Source: Candidatus Actinomarina sp.
Lineage (GTDB): Bacteria > Actinomycetota > Acidimicrobiia > Actinomarinales > Actinomarinaceae
DNA: 64,000 nt
Assembly (NCBI GenBank): GCA_038147085.1
Contig: JAYQSV010000001.1
Span: 608,841 to 672,840, forward strand
Direction of reading: 5' to 3'
Both the position numbers and the translations under genes were made by a program. The notes beneath the pieces are model-generated. The model was not told the DNA's origin, did not search any database, and saw only the letters and a program-made list of their open reading frames with translations. Shown in pieces: positions 10,047-21,392 of this stretch (positions are counted from its first letter, which is position 1; every line of letters begins with the position of its first letter).

Positions 10047-10576
10047 CTTTCCTCCAAGTCATATATTATATCAATAATTTCCTTAACAGAAGTATTTAAA
10101 TCTACATTTTGTATATTAAAATTATATAAATGTTTTTTCTCTCTCTGTAAGTTTGCTAACTTCATCCTTTCTTGAATAAATTCATCATTATGACCTCTAC
10201 TTTTGAGCCTTTCTCTTAATGTTTGGTTATCAATATCTATAAATATTCCAATAAAGTGTGGATATTCTTTAAGAAGCTTTGTAGCACCATTTACTTCTAA
10301 ATCTAATAAAATTACTTCTTTTTTATTTTTGATTTGATTTTTACCAGTCCCATAGAAGTAATCTCCATATTGCTCATACTCAATAAAAAAATTTTTATTA
10401 ATCAATGAATTAAATTCATCTTCAGTAACAAAAAAATAGTCTTTACCATCTACTTCACCATCTCTTTTAGAGCGTGTTGTATGTGATATTGAAAAATGTA
10501 TATTTATGTGATTTGAGAGTTCATTAATAATAGTATTTTTTCCAACACCAGATGGACCTGTAATAATATAAATCAT
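10043..10576 (-). CDS. gmk: Guanylate kinase
   Basis: GPSGVGK, SHTTRSKRDGEVDGKDYFFV and YGT. Confidence 0.97.
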   Translation of the reverse strand: MIYIITGPSGVGKNTIINELSNHINIHFSISHTTRSKRDGEVDGKDYFFVTEDEFNSLINKNFFIEYEQYGDYFYGTGKNQIKNKKEVILLDLEVNGATKLLKEYPHFIGIFIDIDNQTLRERLKSRGHNDEFIQERMKLANLQREKKHLYNFNIQNVDLNTSVKEIIDIIYDLEER

Positions 10577-10854
10577 TTTGTTAAAAAGTTTACAATATTA
10601 TCGATATCTTCGTTAGTTAATTCTTTTAAAATTGTTTTTTCAGTTAAATTTATTGATTCTAAAAATCTTGCTGACTCTACTTTACCTTTTTCTTTGCTAG
10701 AGGTTATATACTTATGAACTCTTATAGAATTTAAAATATCATTATCTCTACCGTGCTTTATATTTTGTTCTAAATCTTTGTTCTTAATACTAAAAGATTC
10801 AATAAACTTATCTCTAGTATTTTTAATAGCTTTTATTTCAATTTTTAAATTCAT
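10573..10854 (-). CDS. mihF: Divergent actinobacterial integration host factor (mIHF, H2TH fold)
   Basis: IRVHKYITS...GKVESARFLESINL...LKELT resembles the mIHF C-terminal pattern, and the gene is at the conserved position upstream of gmk. The ATG at 10854 overlaps the nusB end. Confidence 0.65.
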   Translation of the reverse strand: MNLKIEIKAIKNTRDKFIESFSIKNKDLEQNIKHGRDNDILNSIRVHKYITSSKEKGKVESARFLESINLTEKTILKELTNEDIDNIVNFLTK

Positions 10855-11221
10855 TTTTAGAAATATTATCAAGTATAGCGTTAACAAATTTTGCACCATC
10901 TGAAGTTGAATGTTTATCTGTTAATTTTGTCCATTCAGAAACTATCACTTTTGAAGGAGTAAGATTTAATTGAATTTCGCCTATACCTAATATAAGGGAG
11001 GTTTTCTCTGTTTTTGCAATTCTTTCAAATGACCAATTTTGTGAATATTTTTTTATTAATAAAACTATTTCTTCCAAATTATCAGTAATTTGTTTAATTA
11101 ATTGCTCTGCTCTTAAAGTTTGATTTACGCTTAAATCATTTTTAACTATGATAAATTCATCTGAATTTAAATCTGATTCAAATAATGACTCAAAACAAAC
11201 TGATCTAAAATCTTTATTCAT
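10838..11221 (-). CDS. nusB: Transcription antitermination factor NusB
   Basis: NWSFERIA and KFVNAILD; follows efp. Confidence 0.9.
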   Translation of the reverse strand: MNKDFRSVCFESLFESDLNSDEFIIVKNDLSVNQTLRAEQLIKQITDNLEEIVLLIKKYSQNWSFERIAKTEKTSLILGIGEIQLNLTPSKVIVSEWTKLTDKHSTSDGAKFVNAILDNISKNEFKN

Positions 11222-11775
11222 GCTCTAGTCATGTACGACTTTGTTTTTGTATCTATCTTTATTACATCATTTTCATTTATAAACATTGGAACTTGTAAAG
11301 TTAAACCAGTCTCACAAGTAACTTCCTTTGTTGATGAATTCACAGAATCACCTTTAACTGCTGGTTCAGATTTGGTAACAATAAGAGAAATTGCAGTAGG
11401 TAATATTACTTCTATGGGATTATCTTTGTACATCGCAATAGTAACATCTTGGTTACCTTTAAGCAGCAATTCATCACCATCAAGAAATTGTTGATTTAAA
11501 GATATTTGATTATATGTTTCTGTATTCATAAAAAAATAGTCTTCTCCATCAGAGTACAAAAATTGAAAAGGTTGTTTATCTACAAAAGCTTGTTCTACAT
11601 CTTCATCTGCTCTAAAGGTTTTATCAACTACTCCCCCATTAGTAATATTTTTTAATTTTGTTTTAACAAATGCTCTACCTTTTCCAGGTTTTACATGTTG
11701 GTATTCAAGTATTAAATAAATGTTGTTTTCATAAATAATAGATTGACCAGGTCTAATATCGTTTGTTGAAACCAT
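11218..11775 (-). CDS. efp: Elongation factor P
   Basis: HVKPGKGRAFV, ETGL..QVPMFI and YMTRA. Confidence 0.98.
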   Translation of the reverse strand: MVSTNDIRPGQSIIYENNIYLILEYQHVKPGKGRAFVKTKLKNITNGGVVDKTFRADEDVEQAFVDKQPFQFLYSDGEDYFFMNTETYNQISLNQQFLDGDELLLKGNQDVTIAMYKDNPIEVILPTAISLIVTKSEPAVKGDSVNSSTKEVTCETGLTLQVPMFINENDVIKIDTKTKSYMTRA

Positions 11776-12845
11776 TATGGTATCACTCCTTCTTCTTTAG
11801 CTTTATTCTTAAGATTAATAAACTCTTCATAATCTCCCGTAAATGTCATTTTCCCATTTATATCTGTTAAAAGATAATAAATAAAATCGTTTTCAGGTGT
11901 GTTAAAAATTGCTTTCATAGATCTCTCACCAAATCCAGAAATAGGTGTTGGTGGTAAACCGCTATATTTATAAGTATTATATGGACTATCTGTTTGTAGA
12001 TCTATTAATAACACTGAGGATTTTCTTTTTTGTAATGAATAAAGTACAGTTGCGTCGATTTGTAATATCATATTGTCTTCTAATCTATTTTTAATTACTG
12101 ATGAAACTAAAGGTCTATCTTCATCTAATTTCGATTCTGCTTCAATAAGACTAGAAATTGTAAAGAACTCTGTAGGACTACTTATCCAATTTGGTAAAGT
12201 ATTGCTTTCTAATAAACTAGAGAATCTATATTCTAGTTCATCAACTAGTTTCTGTAGGATTTCTTCGCCATTTGCGTCAACGTTAATTTGATAAGTGTTT
12301 GGAAACAGTAATCCTTCCCAATTTTGAAGTTTTGAATAATCATTATTAGGTAAATAATTACTTACTACCCTTCCAGAAATTAATGAATTTTCTAATTGAA
12401 CAACATCATAACCTGTTTGAGCAGAGATAGTTTCTAAGGTTTCGGATATCCATAAACCTTCAGGTATAGTAATGTTATAGGTTTTTAATGGAGGGCCTTT
12501 TAATAGAAGTGCCGTTAGCTCCTCATACTCAAGATTATTAGGTAGTTCATAAGAACCAGCTCTTAACTTATCAGTTAAATTTTCATTTCTCAGATACAAT
12601 TCAAATGCTAGCTGAGAATTGATTACACCGGATGAGTCAAGAATAGAAGCTATCTGTGATGCTGAAGCACCTTGAGGTATATTAATTTCTATAATTTTAA
12701 AATCTTCATCTATCTGATTTGAAACAATATTCGAAGGTTTGATTCCGTCAGCAATATCGTTAGAAAAATTAAAAATTAAAAATAGAAATAAAAAAAGAAA
12801 TAATAGTTGCAATAGAAGTCGGTTTTTCAGGTAAAAATTACTCAT
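11775..12845 (-). CDS. mltG: Endolytic transglycosylase MltG
   Basis: N-terminal TM, TIPEG, EGLLFPNTY, SLIEAE, LQIDAT and SPYNTY..GLPPTPI. Confidence 0.96.
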   Translation of the reverse strand: MSNFYLKNRLLLQLLFLFLFLFLIFNFSNDIADGIKPSNIVSNQIDEDFKIIEINIPQGASASQIASILDSSGVINSQLAFELYLRNENLTDKLRAGSYELPNNLEYEELTALLLKGPPLKTYNITIPEGLWISETLETISAQTGYDVVQLENSLISGRVVSNYLPNNDYSKLQNWEGLLFPNTYQINVDANGEEILQKLVDELEYRFSSLLESNTLPNWISSPTEFFTISSLIEAESKLDEDRPLVSSVIKNRLEDNMILQIDATVLYSLQKRKSSVLLIDLQTDSPYNTYKYSGLPPTPISGFGERSMKAIFNTPENDFIYYLLTDINGKMTFTGDYEEFINLKNKAKEEGVIP

Positions 12846-13224
12846 TTTTTTTAATATAGCTTTCTAAAATTTCTAAAGCTGACAAATCATCATTTCTTTC
12901 TGTACTGTTATTGGAAATAATATTAGATGTAAACCTTTCGTCTATTTTTTCTATAGGGATATTAAAATTTAAGGAACTTATAAACTTATCTACTACAGCT
13001 GTCATTCTGTTTAACTGTGAGTTTAACCCGATAGGATAACCTATAACAATAAGGTTTATATTATAAAACTCAATAATTGCTTCTAGTTCAGAATTTAAAT
13101 TTGATTTTTTTTGATCAACTATTTTTAAAGGTGTACCAATGTTTGTGTTAGATTTTTTTAAAGCAAAACCAACATATCTTTCACCATAGTCAATTGATAA
13201 AATATTTTGATTATTTAATGTCAT
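12838..13224 (-). CDS. ruvX: YqgF/RuvX family nuclease
   Basis: SIDYGERYVGFA, VIGYP and DERFTS; alaS-ruvX-mltG gene order. Confidence 0.93.
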   Translation of the reverse strand: MTLNNQNILSIDYGERYVGFALKKSNTNIGTPLKIVDQKKSNLNSELEAIIEFYNINLIVIGYPIGLNSQLNRMTAVVDKFISSLNFNIPIEKIDERFTSNIISNNSTERNDDLSALEILESYIKKNE

Positions 13225-15745
13225 TATGAAGAACCTCTTTTATTTTTGCTAGTGCTTCTTCAATATTGTTTAAATTAGGGCCTCCACCAATTGATAAATT
13301 TGGATCTTTTGAAGCTCCACCTCCATATGTTTTAGAGATATTTGATATTAAAACTGAAATATCATAGTTTACTTTATTATTAGTAGCTCCAATTAAAGAT
13401 TTTTTACCATTAATAGAAGAAATCAACACAACTATATCAATATTATGTTCATTGATTAATTCCAATGAAATTTCTTTTAATTCGTTTATGCTTTCAACAT
13501 CAACATGAGAAACAATTGTACTGTAATTTGATAATGGCTCAGATTCTTTTTTACATAACTCAATAATTGAATTTAACTCAAGCTTTCTAAACTTTGATAT
13601 TTTTAATTTATATTCTTCAAAGGTTTCAAGTTGTGAATTGAGTTTTTTATAGACTTCATTAGGCTGTACTTGAAGTAAATTTGCTACATTGTTATATGAT
13701 TTGTAAGCATTATTTAAAAATTCGTAAGCTAATAAACCTGAAAGCATTTCAACTCTTCTGAGGTTTGAACCAATTGAAGATTCTTGAAGTAAAACAATCA
13801 GACCTACATCATGAGAATTATGTACATGGGTACCTCCACAAAGTTCTTTAGAGAAATTACCAATGTTAACTACTCTTACATCGTTATCATATTTATCACC
13901 AAAAAAAGCTAAAGCACCTTCTGCTTTTGCTTTATCAATATTCATAACTTTGGTGTTAACTTCTAGATCTTCGAATATTTTTATATTTGATAGTTGAAAA
14001 ATATCATCCAACTCTTCATCAGATACTTTTGAAGTATGGCTAAAGTCAAATCTAAATTTTCCTGGTGTGACGTTAGAACCTGCTTGTGCAACATGGTCTC
14101 CAAGAATGTCCCTTAGAGATTGATGAACTATATGAGCACCTGTGTGACTTTTAGAAACGCCATTTCTAAATGATGAGTCTACATTTAGTTCAACATTTTG
14201 ACCGACCTCGAAAATATTAGTTTCAAGAACTAAACCTATTGCATTGTTAGAGTTTTTAATTACGTCAGTAACTTTATAGATATTTTCATCTAATTTTACA
14301 AAACCTTCATCAGATATTTGTCCGCCAGCTTCATAATAAAAAGGATTTTCATTTGTAAATATTATTTGTGTTTTTTCTAATGTTTCGACATGGATAATTT
14401 CTGAAGTTACATTTTTGGATTCGTAGCCGATGAAAGAGTTTATTTCGACATCAAAATTGTAAACGTTACTATTGTCTTTATTCACAATTTTTGATTTCTT
14501 TTTATGTTCTTCAAAATATTTAAAATATTCATCGTCATTAATAATAATATTATTTTCCGCAGCAATTTCTTTTGTAAGCTCATATGGGAAACCAAATGTT
14601 TCAAATAATTTAAATGCGTCTTTTGCATCTATTGAATTCTTTTCATTTAATAAATTCTTAATTTCTTGATTTCCTTTAATAAGTGTATTGTTAAATAGAT
14701 TTTCTTCTGTAACAAAAAGTTTTAATATTTTTTCAATATTATTTTGTAAATCAGGATATTGTTCCTTGTACATATCAACAACTATTTCAATTAAAAAAGA
14801 AAGTGATATTTCTTGTGTAGAAACTTGATTAAAAGCTCTAATAGCTCTTCTGATAAGCCTTCTTAGTATATACCCACGACCCTCATTAGTTGGAACAACG
14901 CCATCTGAAATCATGAAAGTTGATGATTTTATATGGTCTAAAATTACTTTTTCATATTTAGAATTTGGTTTGTCTACGTATTTACTAAGTTCTTGACTGA
15001 GAGGAAAAAATAAATCTGTTTCAAAAAGAGTTTCTTTATCTTGCATAATCATAGATATTCTTTCAAGACCCATACCTGTATCAATATTTTTAGAAGGGAG
15101 TGTACCGATAACTTGAAAAGGCTCATCTTGAATAGATTCCATGAATACAAGGTTCCAAATCTCAATAAAACGATCTTCCCCTCCACCTATTGGACCACCG
15201 TCCTCACCATATTTTTCACCTCTATCTATAAAAATTTCAGAACAAGGTCCACATGGTCCTGGAACATTCATATGCCAAAAATTATCAGAGTCCCCTCTTT
15301 GAATTCTCTCTTCTGGAACTCCGACTATATTTTTCCATATATTAAAAGATTCATCATCAGTCTTGTAGACGGTAAACCACAATTTATTTTTATCTATTTT
15401 TAGTTCATCAACAATAAACGAATAAGCTAGCTTAATTGCTTCTTCTTTAAAATATTTACCTACACTGAAGTTACCTAACATTTCAAAAAAGGATAAGTGT
15501 CTATCAGTTTCACCAATAATATCTATATCAATAGTTCTTATACATTTTTGAGATGAAGTCATGTTTGGTGAATCAGGTTTTAATTTTCCTAAAAAGTAAT
15601 CTTTTAAAGGTACCATTCCTGCTGCTGTAAAAAGTAAAGTTGGATCATGCGGTATTAAAGATGATGAAGGAATAATTTTGTGTCCTTTTGATTCAAAGTA
15701 GTTAAGAAAATTTGTTCTAATCTCGTTACTATTCATTATCATCAA
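13211..15745 (-). CDS. alaS: Alanine-tRNA ligase
   Basis: DPTLLFTAAGM, FFEMLGNFS, GPCGPCSEI, DTGMGLER and ELCGGTH. Confidence 0.99.
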   Translation of the reverse strand: MMIMNSNEIRTNFLNYFESKGHKIIPSSSLIPHDPTLLFTAAGMVPLKDYFLGKLKPDSPNMTSSQKCIRTIDIDIIGETDRHLSFFEMLGNFSVGKYFKEEAIKLAYSFIVDELKIDKNKLWFTVYKTDDESFNIWKNIVGVPEERIQRGDSDNFWHMNVPGPCGPCSEIFIDRGEKYGEDGGPIGGGEDRFIEIWNLVFMESIQDEPFQVIGTLPSKNIDTGMGLERISMIMQDKETLFETDLFFPLSQELSKYVDKPNSKYEKVILDHIKSSTFMISDGVVPTNEGRGYILRRLIRRAIRAFNQVSTQEISLSFLIEIVVDMYKEQYPDLQNNIEKILKLFVTEENLFNNTLIKGNQEIKNLLNEKNSIDAKDAFKLFETFGFPYELTKEIAAENNIIINDDEYFKYFEEHKKKSKIVNKDNSNVYNFDVEINSFIGYESKNVTSEIIHVETLEKTQIIFTNENPFYYEAGGQISDEGFVKLDENIYKVTDVIKNSNNAIGLVLETNIFEVGQNVELNVDSSFRNGVSKSHTGAHIVHQSLRDILGDHVAQAGSNVTPGKFRFDFSHTSKVSDEELDDIFQLSNIKIFEDLEVNTKVMNIDKAKAEGALAFFGDKYDNDVRVVNIGNFSKELCGGTHVHNSHDVGLIVLLQESSIGSNLRRVEMLSGLLAYEFLNNAYKSYNNVANLLQVQPNEVYKKLNSQLETFEEYKLKISKFRKLELNSIIELCKKESEPLSNYSTIVSHVDVESINELKEISLELINEHNIDIVVLISSINGKKSLIGATNNKVNYDISVLISNISKTYGGGASKDPNLSIGGGPNLNNIEEALAKIKEVLHNDIK

Positions 15746-17432
15746 TAACTTTTAAATTATATTCTTCTAATAAGTCCGCATCTAGTGTTGTCGGTGCATC
15801 AGTTAAAGGGTCCATTCCAGATTGAGTTTTGGGAAATGGGATAACATCTCTAATAGAGTGCTGTTTCATTACTTCTGCAACTAATCTATCAATTCCAATT
15901 GCAAATCCAGCATGTTGTGGTGTTCCATAAGATAAAGCTTCGATAAACCATCCAAAGCGGTTTTCAATTTCAGAATCGCTTAGACCCCATTTTTTTAATA
16001 CCAAAGTTTGTAAATCGGGATTGTTAATTCTCTGTGATCCAGAACCAAGTTCAACTCCATTTAAAACTAAATCGTAATGCAATGCAATTGCTTCAATTGG
16101 GTTATTTTCAAAGTCTTCTACATTTTGAGGAGAAGTAAATGGATGATGGGAAGGTTGTAAAACATTATTTTCAATTTCAAAATATGGAAAGTCTTCTACC
16201 CATAGAAAAACGTGTTCTTCTTTTTCGCTTCTTTCATACAATTTAGTTCTTAGCATATCCATTGTTTTTGAGATATCTAGTAAATTACCTACTTGAAATA
16301 AGAAAGTACCCTCTCCAAGTGCACTCACAAAAGTTAACTCATTGTCACTCATATGTTTAGCAAGTGGTCCTGAAAAGTTTTGATTTTCATACTTTATCCA
16401 ACCTAATCCATTACTACCTAACTCCTTAGCCAAAGCATCAAAATTATCAATCTCTTTTCTAGTTAGAAATTTTGGTGTAAATAAATATTTAAAAACTCCA
16501 GAACTATCTATTGAGTCTTTAATAAATGAAACGTTACTATTAGAAAAGACATTGGTCGCATCATTAATAGTCTCTTTAATTCTTAAATCGGGTTTATCTG
16601 TTCCGTACAAGTTAATTGCATCATGAAAAGATAAAGAAGGAAAACTAGAATTTATTTTTATGTCAAAAGCTTCACTAAAAATACTTTTAATTATGTTTTC
16701 TACATTATTTTTTACTAAATTAGGATTAGCGTTTGAGAATTCAAGATCTAATTGTGTAAATTCAGGCTGCCTATCTTTACGAGAATCTTCATCTCTATAA
16801 CATTTAGCAATTTGGTAGTAATTAGGGAAACCAGACATCATAAATAATTGCTTATACATTTGTGGTGATTGTGGCAACGCATAAAAAGTTCCAGGATTTT
16901 TTCTAGAAGGTACAAGGAAATCTTTAGCACCTTCTGGTGTTGATTTAATTAAAGTTGGTGTATCGATTTCTAAAACATTCATTTCGTTCATTACATTTCT
17001 TATACTTTTGAATACTTTTGAACGAGCTAAAATATTTTGCTTCATTTCATTTCTTCTTAGGTCTAAATATCGATATTTTAAACGAATACTTTCATCAGTT
17101 TCAATTTTATCTTCGATCTGAAAAGGTAATGTTTTACTCTTATTTATAACATTTAAATTGGTAACTTGAATCTCATAATCTCCAAATTCTTGCTTTTTAT
17201 TTTCTAAACCTGGATCTCTTTTTTTAAAAATTCCAGTAATTGAAATATAAAATTCACTCCTAATTTTTTCAATTTCCTTTATATTGTCATCAATGACTAA
17301 CTGAATAAAAGAGTCATAATCTCTTAAATCGATAAAAGTTAATCCACCGTGATCCCTTACTGTATTTACCCAACCAAATAGATCATTTACTTCTGTATTT
17401 ACTTTTAAATTTTTTAATTCTTTAATATTCAT
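15729..17432 (-). CDS. aspS: Aspartate-tRNA ligase
   Basis: RDHGG, YRYLDLR, ALPQSPQ, DRQPEFTQLD and GIDRL. Confidence 0.99.
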   Translation of the reverse strand: MNIKELKNLKVNTEVNDLFGWVNTVRDHGGLTFIDLRDYDSFIQLVIDDNIKEIEKIRSEFYISITGIFKKRDPGLENKKQEFGDYEIQVTNLNVINKSKTLPFQIEDKIETDESIRLKYRYLDLRRNEMKQNILARSKVFKSIRNVMNEMNVLEIDTPTLIKSTPEGAKDFLVPSRKNPGTFYALPQSPQMYKQLFMMSGFPNYYQIAKCYRDEDSRKDRQPEFTQLDLEFSNANPNLVKNNVENIIKSIFSEAFDIKINSSFPSLSFHDAINLYGTDKPDLRIKETINDATNVFSNSNVSFIKDSIDSSGVFKYLFTPKFLTRKEIDNFDALAKELGSNGLGWIKYENQNFSGPLAKHMSDNELTFVSALGEGTFLFQVGNLLDISKTMDMLRTKLYERSEKEEHVFLWVEDFPYFEIENNVLQPSHHPFTSPQNVEDFENNPIEAIALHYDLVLNGVELGSGSQRINNPDLQTLVLKKWGLSDSEIENRFGWFIEALSYGTPQHAGFAIGIDRLVAEVMKQHSIRDVIPFPKTQSGMDPLTDAPTTLDADLLEEYNLKVIDDNE

Positions 17433-18595
17433 AACAATTCTTTTTCTGAAAATTCAACAGTTGTGTTATCCGCTAAGTTCTTTATTGTATCTTCATCAGA
17501 ATTAATAACATATTGAAAATTATTTGATTTAGCTTCTTTAAATTGAGAGTTAATTTTAGATATTCTTGAAGGTTTACTATAAGGAATGTTTAATAAGTCT
17601 AATTTTTTAGAATATTCAATCATCTTTTCAATATTCGAACCAATAAGGTAATATTTTTTATTACTTTCGTTTAAATCTAGAAGATCCAAAATACGTTCAA
17701 CTCCAAATGCTACTCCTACCCCTTTAAAATTCCCAATTTGTAAAATTTCAGAGAGTTTATCGTATCTTCCACCACCACCAATGACAACTCCTTGTTTACT
17801 AATAAATTCAAAAGTAAGATCGTTGTAGTAATCCAACCCTCTAACTAATCTTTCATTCTTTTTATATTGAATATTTTTAGCATCTAATAAACGCAATAAT
17901 TCATTAAAGTTTTCAATAGATTCTTTTGAAAGAAAATCGTAAATATTAGGTGCATTTTTAATAATATTCAAATCAGCTTCTACATTCGAATCAAGGATTC
18001 GTAATGTATTATTTTCTAGTTTTTCTTGTGATTCTTTAGATAGTTTTTCATAATTCATTTTGAAAAACTTATAAAGTTCTTTTACATATTTTTCTCTATC
18101 AATAATTGAACCAATTGTGTTTATATTTAAAGTAAATTGAACGTTCAATTGTTTTAAAAAGTTAGCTGAATCATTAATTATTTGAAAATCTGAAAATTTA
18201 TCAATGTTACCTATTATTTCAGCTCCAGCTTGTGTAAATTCTCGGTATCTATTTTTTTGTGGATTTTCATATCTGAACATTTGACCAAAGTAGATATATT
18301 TATTTGTAAGGTCTTTATTAAATTGTGCATGATATCTAACAAAACTTGATGTACCTTCGGGCCTCAAAACTATATCTCTTCCTGCTTTGTCTTTGAATTG
18401 ATACATTTGTTTAGTTACAATTTCTGAATATTCTCCAATTGATTTTTGAAACAACTCTGCGTGTTCTATTGTTGGAGTTATAACAAATTCATAGCCATAA
18501 TTAGAAAAATTTTCTATAAAAGATTTTTGGAAAGCAAAATACTTTTTGGACAACTCATTTGAAATATTATTAGTTCCTTTTACTTGTTCAATCAT
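17429..18595 (-). CDS. hisS: Histidine-tRNA ligase
   Basis: LRPEGT, FRYENPQ..RYREF, LVRGLDYY and GGGRYD. Confidence 0.98.
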   Translation of the reverse strand: MIEQVKGTNNISNELSKKYFAFQKSFIENFSNYGYEFVITPTIEHAELFQKSIGEYSEIVTKQMYQFKDKAGRDIVLRPEGTSSFVRYHAQFNKDLTNKYIYFGQMFRYENPQKNRYREFTQAGAEIIGNIDKFSDFQIINDSANFLKQLNVQFTLNINTIGSIIDREKYVKELYKFFKMNYEKLSKESQEKLENNTLRILDSNVEADLNIIKNAPNIYDFLSKESIENFNELLRLLDAKNIQYKKNERLVRGLDYYNDLTFEFISKQGVVIGGGGRYDKLSEILQIGNFKGVGVAFGVERILDLLDLNESNKKYYLIGSNIEKMIEYSKKLDLLNIPYSKPSRISKINSQFKEAKSNNFQYVINSDEDTIKNLADNTTVEFSEKELL

Positions 18596-19208
18596 CTAAT
18601 AATTCCTTTAAAATAATATTATTATTTAAAATATTCTTCACAGAATCATATTCACCATGTCCAGGGAATATATCAAAACTTTTATCAAAATTAACAAAAA
18701 CATTATTTATTGAATCTTTCATACTTTCAATATTTCCACTGTAAAGATCAGTTCTACCAATGCTCTCTTTAAATACAAAATCTCCAGTGAAAATAGCTCC
18801 TAAATTTGGAAACTCAAATGATACACTACCTATAGTATGACCAGGGTTAGAATAAACTTTTAGAAAATCATATTGGTGTGAATAAATATCTATTATTTCA
18901 CCATCATATTGTTCCAAAGTTAAACCATTTAGTAGTTTACCAATTTGATCCTGTGGATTTCTTGCTAGAAACTCATCATCTAAATTCATAAAAATATTCT
19001 TTTTAATTTCTTTCATTCCTAAAGAATGGTCATAATGACCATGTGTAACAAAGGCACCACCTATAGACAGGTTGTTTTTGTTAATGTATTTTAATGTTTC
19101 ATCTAAATCTGGAGGTAAATCAATTAAAAAGCATATTCCACTGTTATCTGGAGTCACAACATAACAATTAGAGGTTGTAAAACTTGTAAATACTTTTATA
19201 TTGTTCAT
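18588..19208 (-). CDS. MBL-fold metallo-hydrolase (YcbL/GloC-like)
   Basis: THGHYDH, PGHT, FTGD and PGHG; rel-MBL-hisS gene order. Confidence 0.9.
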   Translation of the reverse strand: MNNIKVFTSFTTSNCYVVTPDNSGICFLIDLPPDLDETLKYINKNNLSIGGAFVTHGHYDHSLGMKEIKKNIFMNLDDEFLARNPQDQIGKLLNGLTLEQYDGEIIDIYSHQYDFLKVYSNPGHTIGSVSFEFPNLGAIFTGDFVFKESIGRTDLYSGNIESMKDSINNVFVNFDKSFDIFPGHGEYDSVKNILNNNIILKELLDD

Positions 19209-21374
19209 TATTTTTTACCTGGAAAAATTCTAGATGCATCAAAAACATTTTCAATTTTTTTAGCGTCTTCTATAATCGCATCTAATTGATTATTATCGCT
19301 AATTTCAACTTGAAAAATTAATGAAACAATTCTTTTACTATTCGTTACGGATTTTGCTACTAAAATATTTCCACCATTATCAGAAATAGCAATTGTTGCA
19401 TCGCGTAGTAAATAAGGTCTATCAATTGCTTCAATTTCTAGCCAAACAATTGTTCCAGTATTAGCTGTATAACCCCAAGATACATCAATAATTCTTTCAC
19501 CAATCGAAGGATTAATTTGAACATTTAGACAATCGGATCGGTGTATAGCAATACCATTTGAAATAGTTACAAATCCAATAATGTCATCACCTGGTACTGG
19601 AACACAACATTTAGCCATCCTTACTTGTATATCGTCGTAACCCTCAACAATAATTAAATCTGATTTTGAGTCTGGTTTTATTTCAGGTGAAAATAAATCG
19701 TCATCGATTGAAATTTCTTCAGGAAATATTTGTTTTCTAATTTTATTTCCAACAGTATTTATACCTGTATTACCATTGCCAAGATTTTGATAAAGTGTCT
19801 CAATATTAGGCAATTTCATTTCAATTAAAAGTTCCTGGAGAATTGAATCTTTAGCCTTTTTTTTCTAAAACATCTGAATTATCTTCAAGCCAAGTATTTA
19901 AAATAGTTTTTCCTTTTTGAATATCTTCATTTTTAAGTTGTTTCTGATACCATTGTCTAATTTTTGATCTTGCTCTAGTTGTTTTAACAACATTTAACCA
20001 GTCTCTACTTGGTCCTTTATCTTTATCTTTACTAGTTAAAATTTCAATTGTGTCACCAGATTTTAAAATATTTCCTAAATTAACCAATTTTCCATTAACT
20101 TTTGCACCAATTAATTTTTCACCAACTTGAGTATGTATTGCAAAAGCAAAATCAACTGGAGTAGAACCTTGAGGTAATGAAATAACATCCCCTTCTGGAG
20201 TTAAACAAAATACTTCATTTTCATATAAATCTAATTTCATATGCTGCAAGAACTCATTTGGATCGGGATATTCGTTTGAAATTGATGAAAGCTCATTAGT
20301 CCATTTTGTTAAATCGTTTGAAGGTTTTTCTTTATATTTCCAATGTGCAGCTACCCCGTATTCAGCTCGATAATGCATTTCATGAGTTCTAATTTGTATT
20401 TCCATTTTATGGCCAAGTGGAGTAAGCACTGTTGTATGCAAGCTTTGATATAAGTTAAATTTTGGCATTGAAATAAAATCTTTAAATCTACCAAGTACAG
20501 GTTGAAAATTTGCATGAATTAAACCAAGTATTGTATAGCAATTTTTTACATCATCAGTAATTATTCTGATACCAATTAAATCGTTTATTTCGTTAAAAGA
20601 TAGCCCATTGTTTACTATTTTTTTATAAATTGAATAATTATGTTTTGGTCTTCCAGATACATTTGCAGATATTGAATTATCTTCTAAAAGAGTTTTAATA
20701 ATATTTATAGATTCTTCTATTTGCTTTAATCGATTTGGATTTGCAAGAGTTATTTGATCTTGTATTTCTTTATTTTGTTTATTAAAAAGAATTTTAAAAG
20801 AAATATCTTCTAATTCATGTTTAATTGATTGCAAACCTAATCTATGTGCTAAAGGAGCATACACATAAAGTGTTTCACTAGCGATTTTCTCCTGCTTCCA
20901 ATCATTGTGAAATTCAATAGTTTTAATATTATGTAAGCGATCAGCAAGTTTTAGTATTAAAACTCTTATATCTCTTGACATTGCAATAACCATTTTTCTA
21001 ATAGCATCTGCCTTTGCTTCCTCAGTAGTGTTGTATTTAATTTTGTCTAATTTTGTTACGCCATCGACGATGTCTGCAATTTCACTACCAAATTTAGATT
21101 TAATATCTTCATAGGTTATATCAGTATCTTCAATTAAATCATGTAAAAGTGCTGCAATTATTGTTTCTACATCTAAATTTATTTCTGATAAATAAATTGC
21201 AACTTGTAGAGGGTGAGTTATATAAGGCTCTCCAGATTTTCTTTTTTGATTTTTGTGACCTTCATTAGCAAATATAAAACCTTCATTAATAATGGAGTGA
21301 TACTTATTATCCATTTTTGATAATAATTTATCTAATAATTCATTAGTTTGGTTTGTTGGATTTATAGTATCCAT
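19208..21374 (-). CDS. rel: Bifunctional (p)ppGpp synthetase/hydrolase Rel, split by one extra A in an A8 run (~19857-19864)
   Basis: ORF 19851..21374 carries HD (LLHD), synthetase (YQSLHT, EIQIRT) and TGS. ORF 19208..19819 carries ZFD (AKCCVP, HRSDC) and ACT. Removing one A joins the frames (EKKAKDSILQELLIEMKLP). Confidence 0.93.
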
Positions 21375-21392
21375 ATATTTATGGTAGTAAAG

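Noticed and set aside
19851-19870. dnaX-like programmed -1 frameshift in rel
   Set aside because: Joining the frames needs +1, not -1, and similar one-base insertions occur in neighbouring genes.
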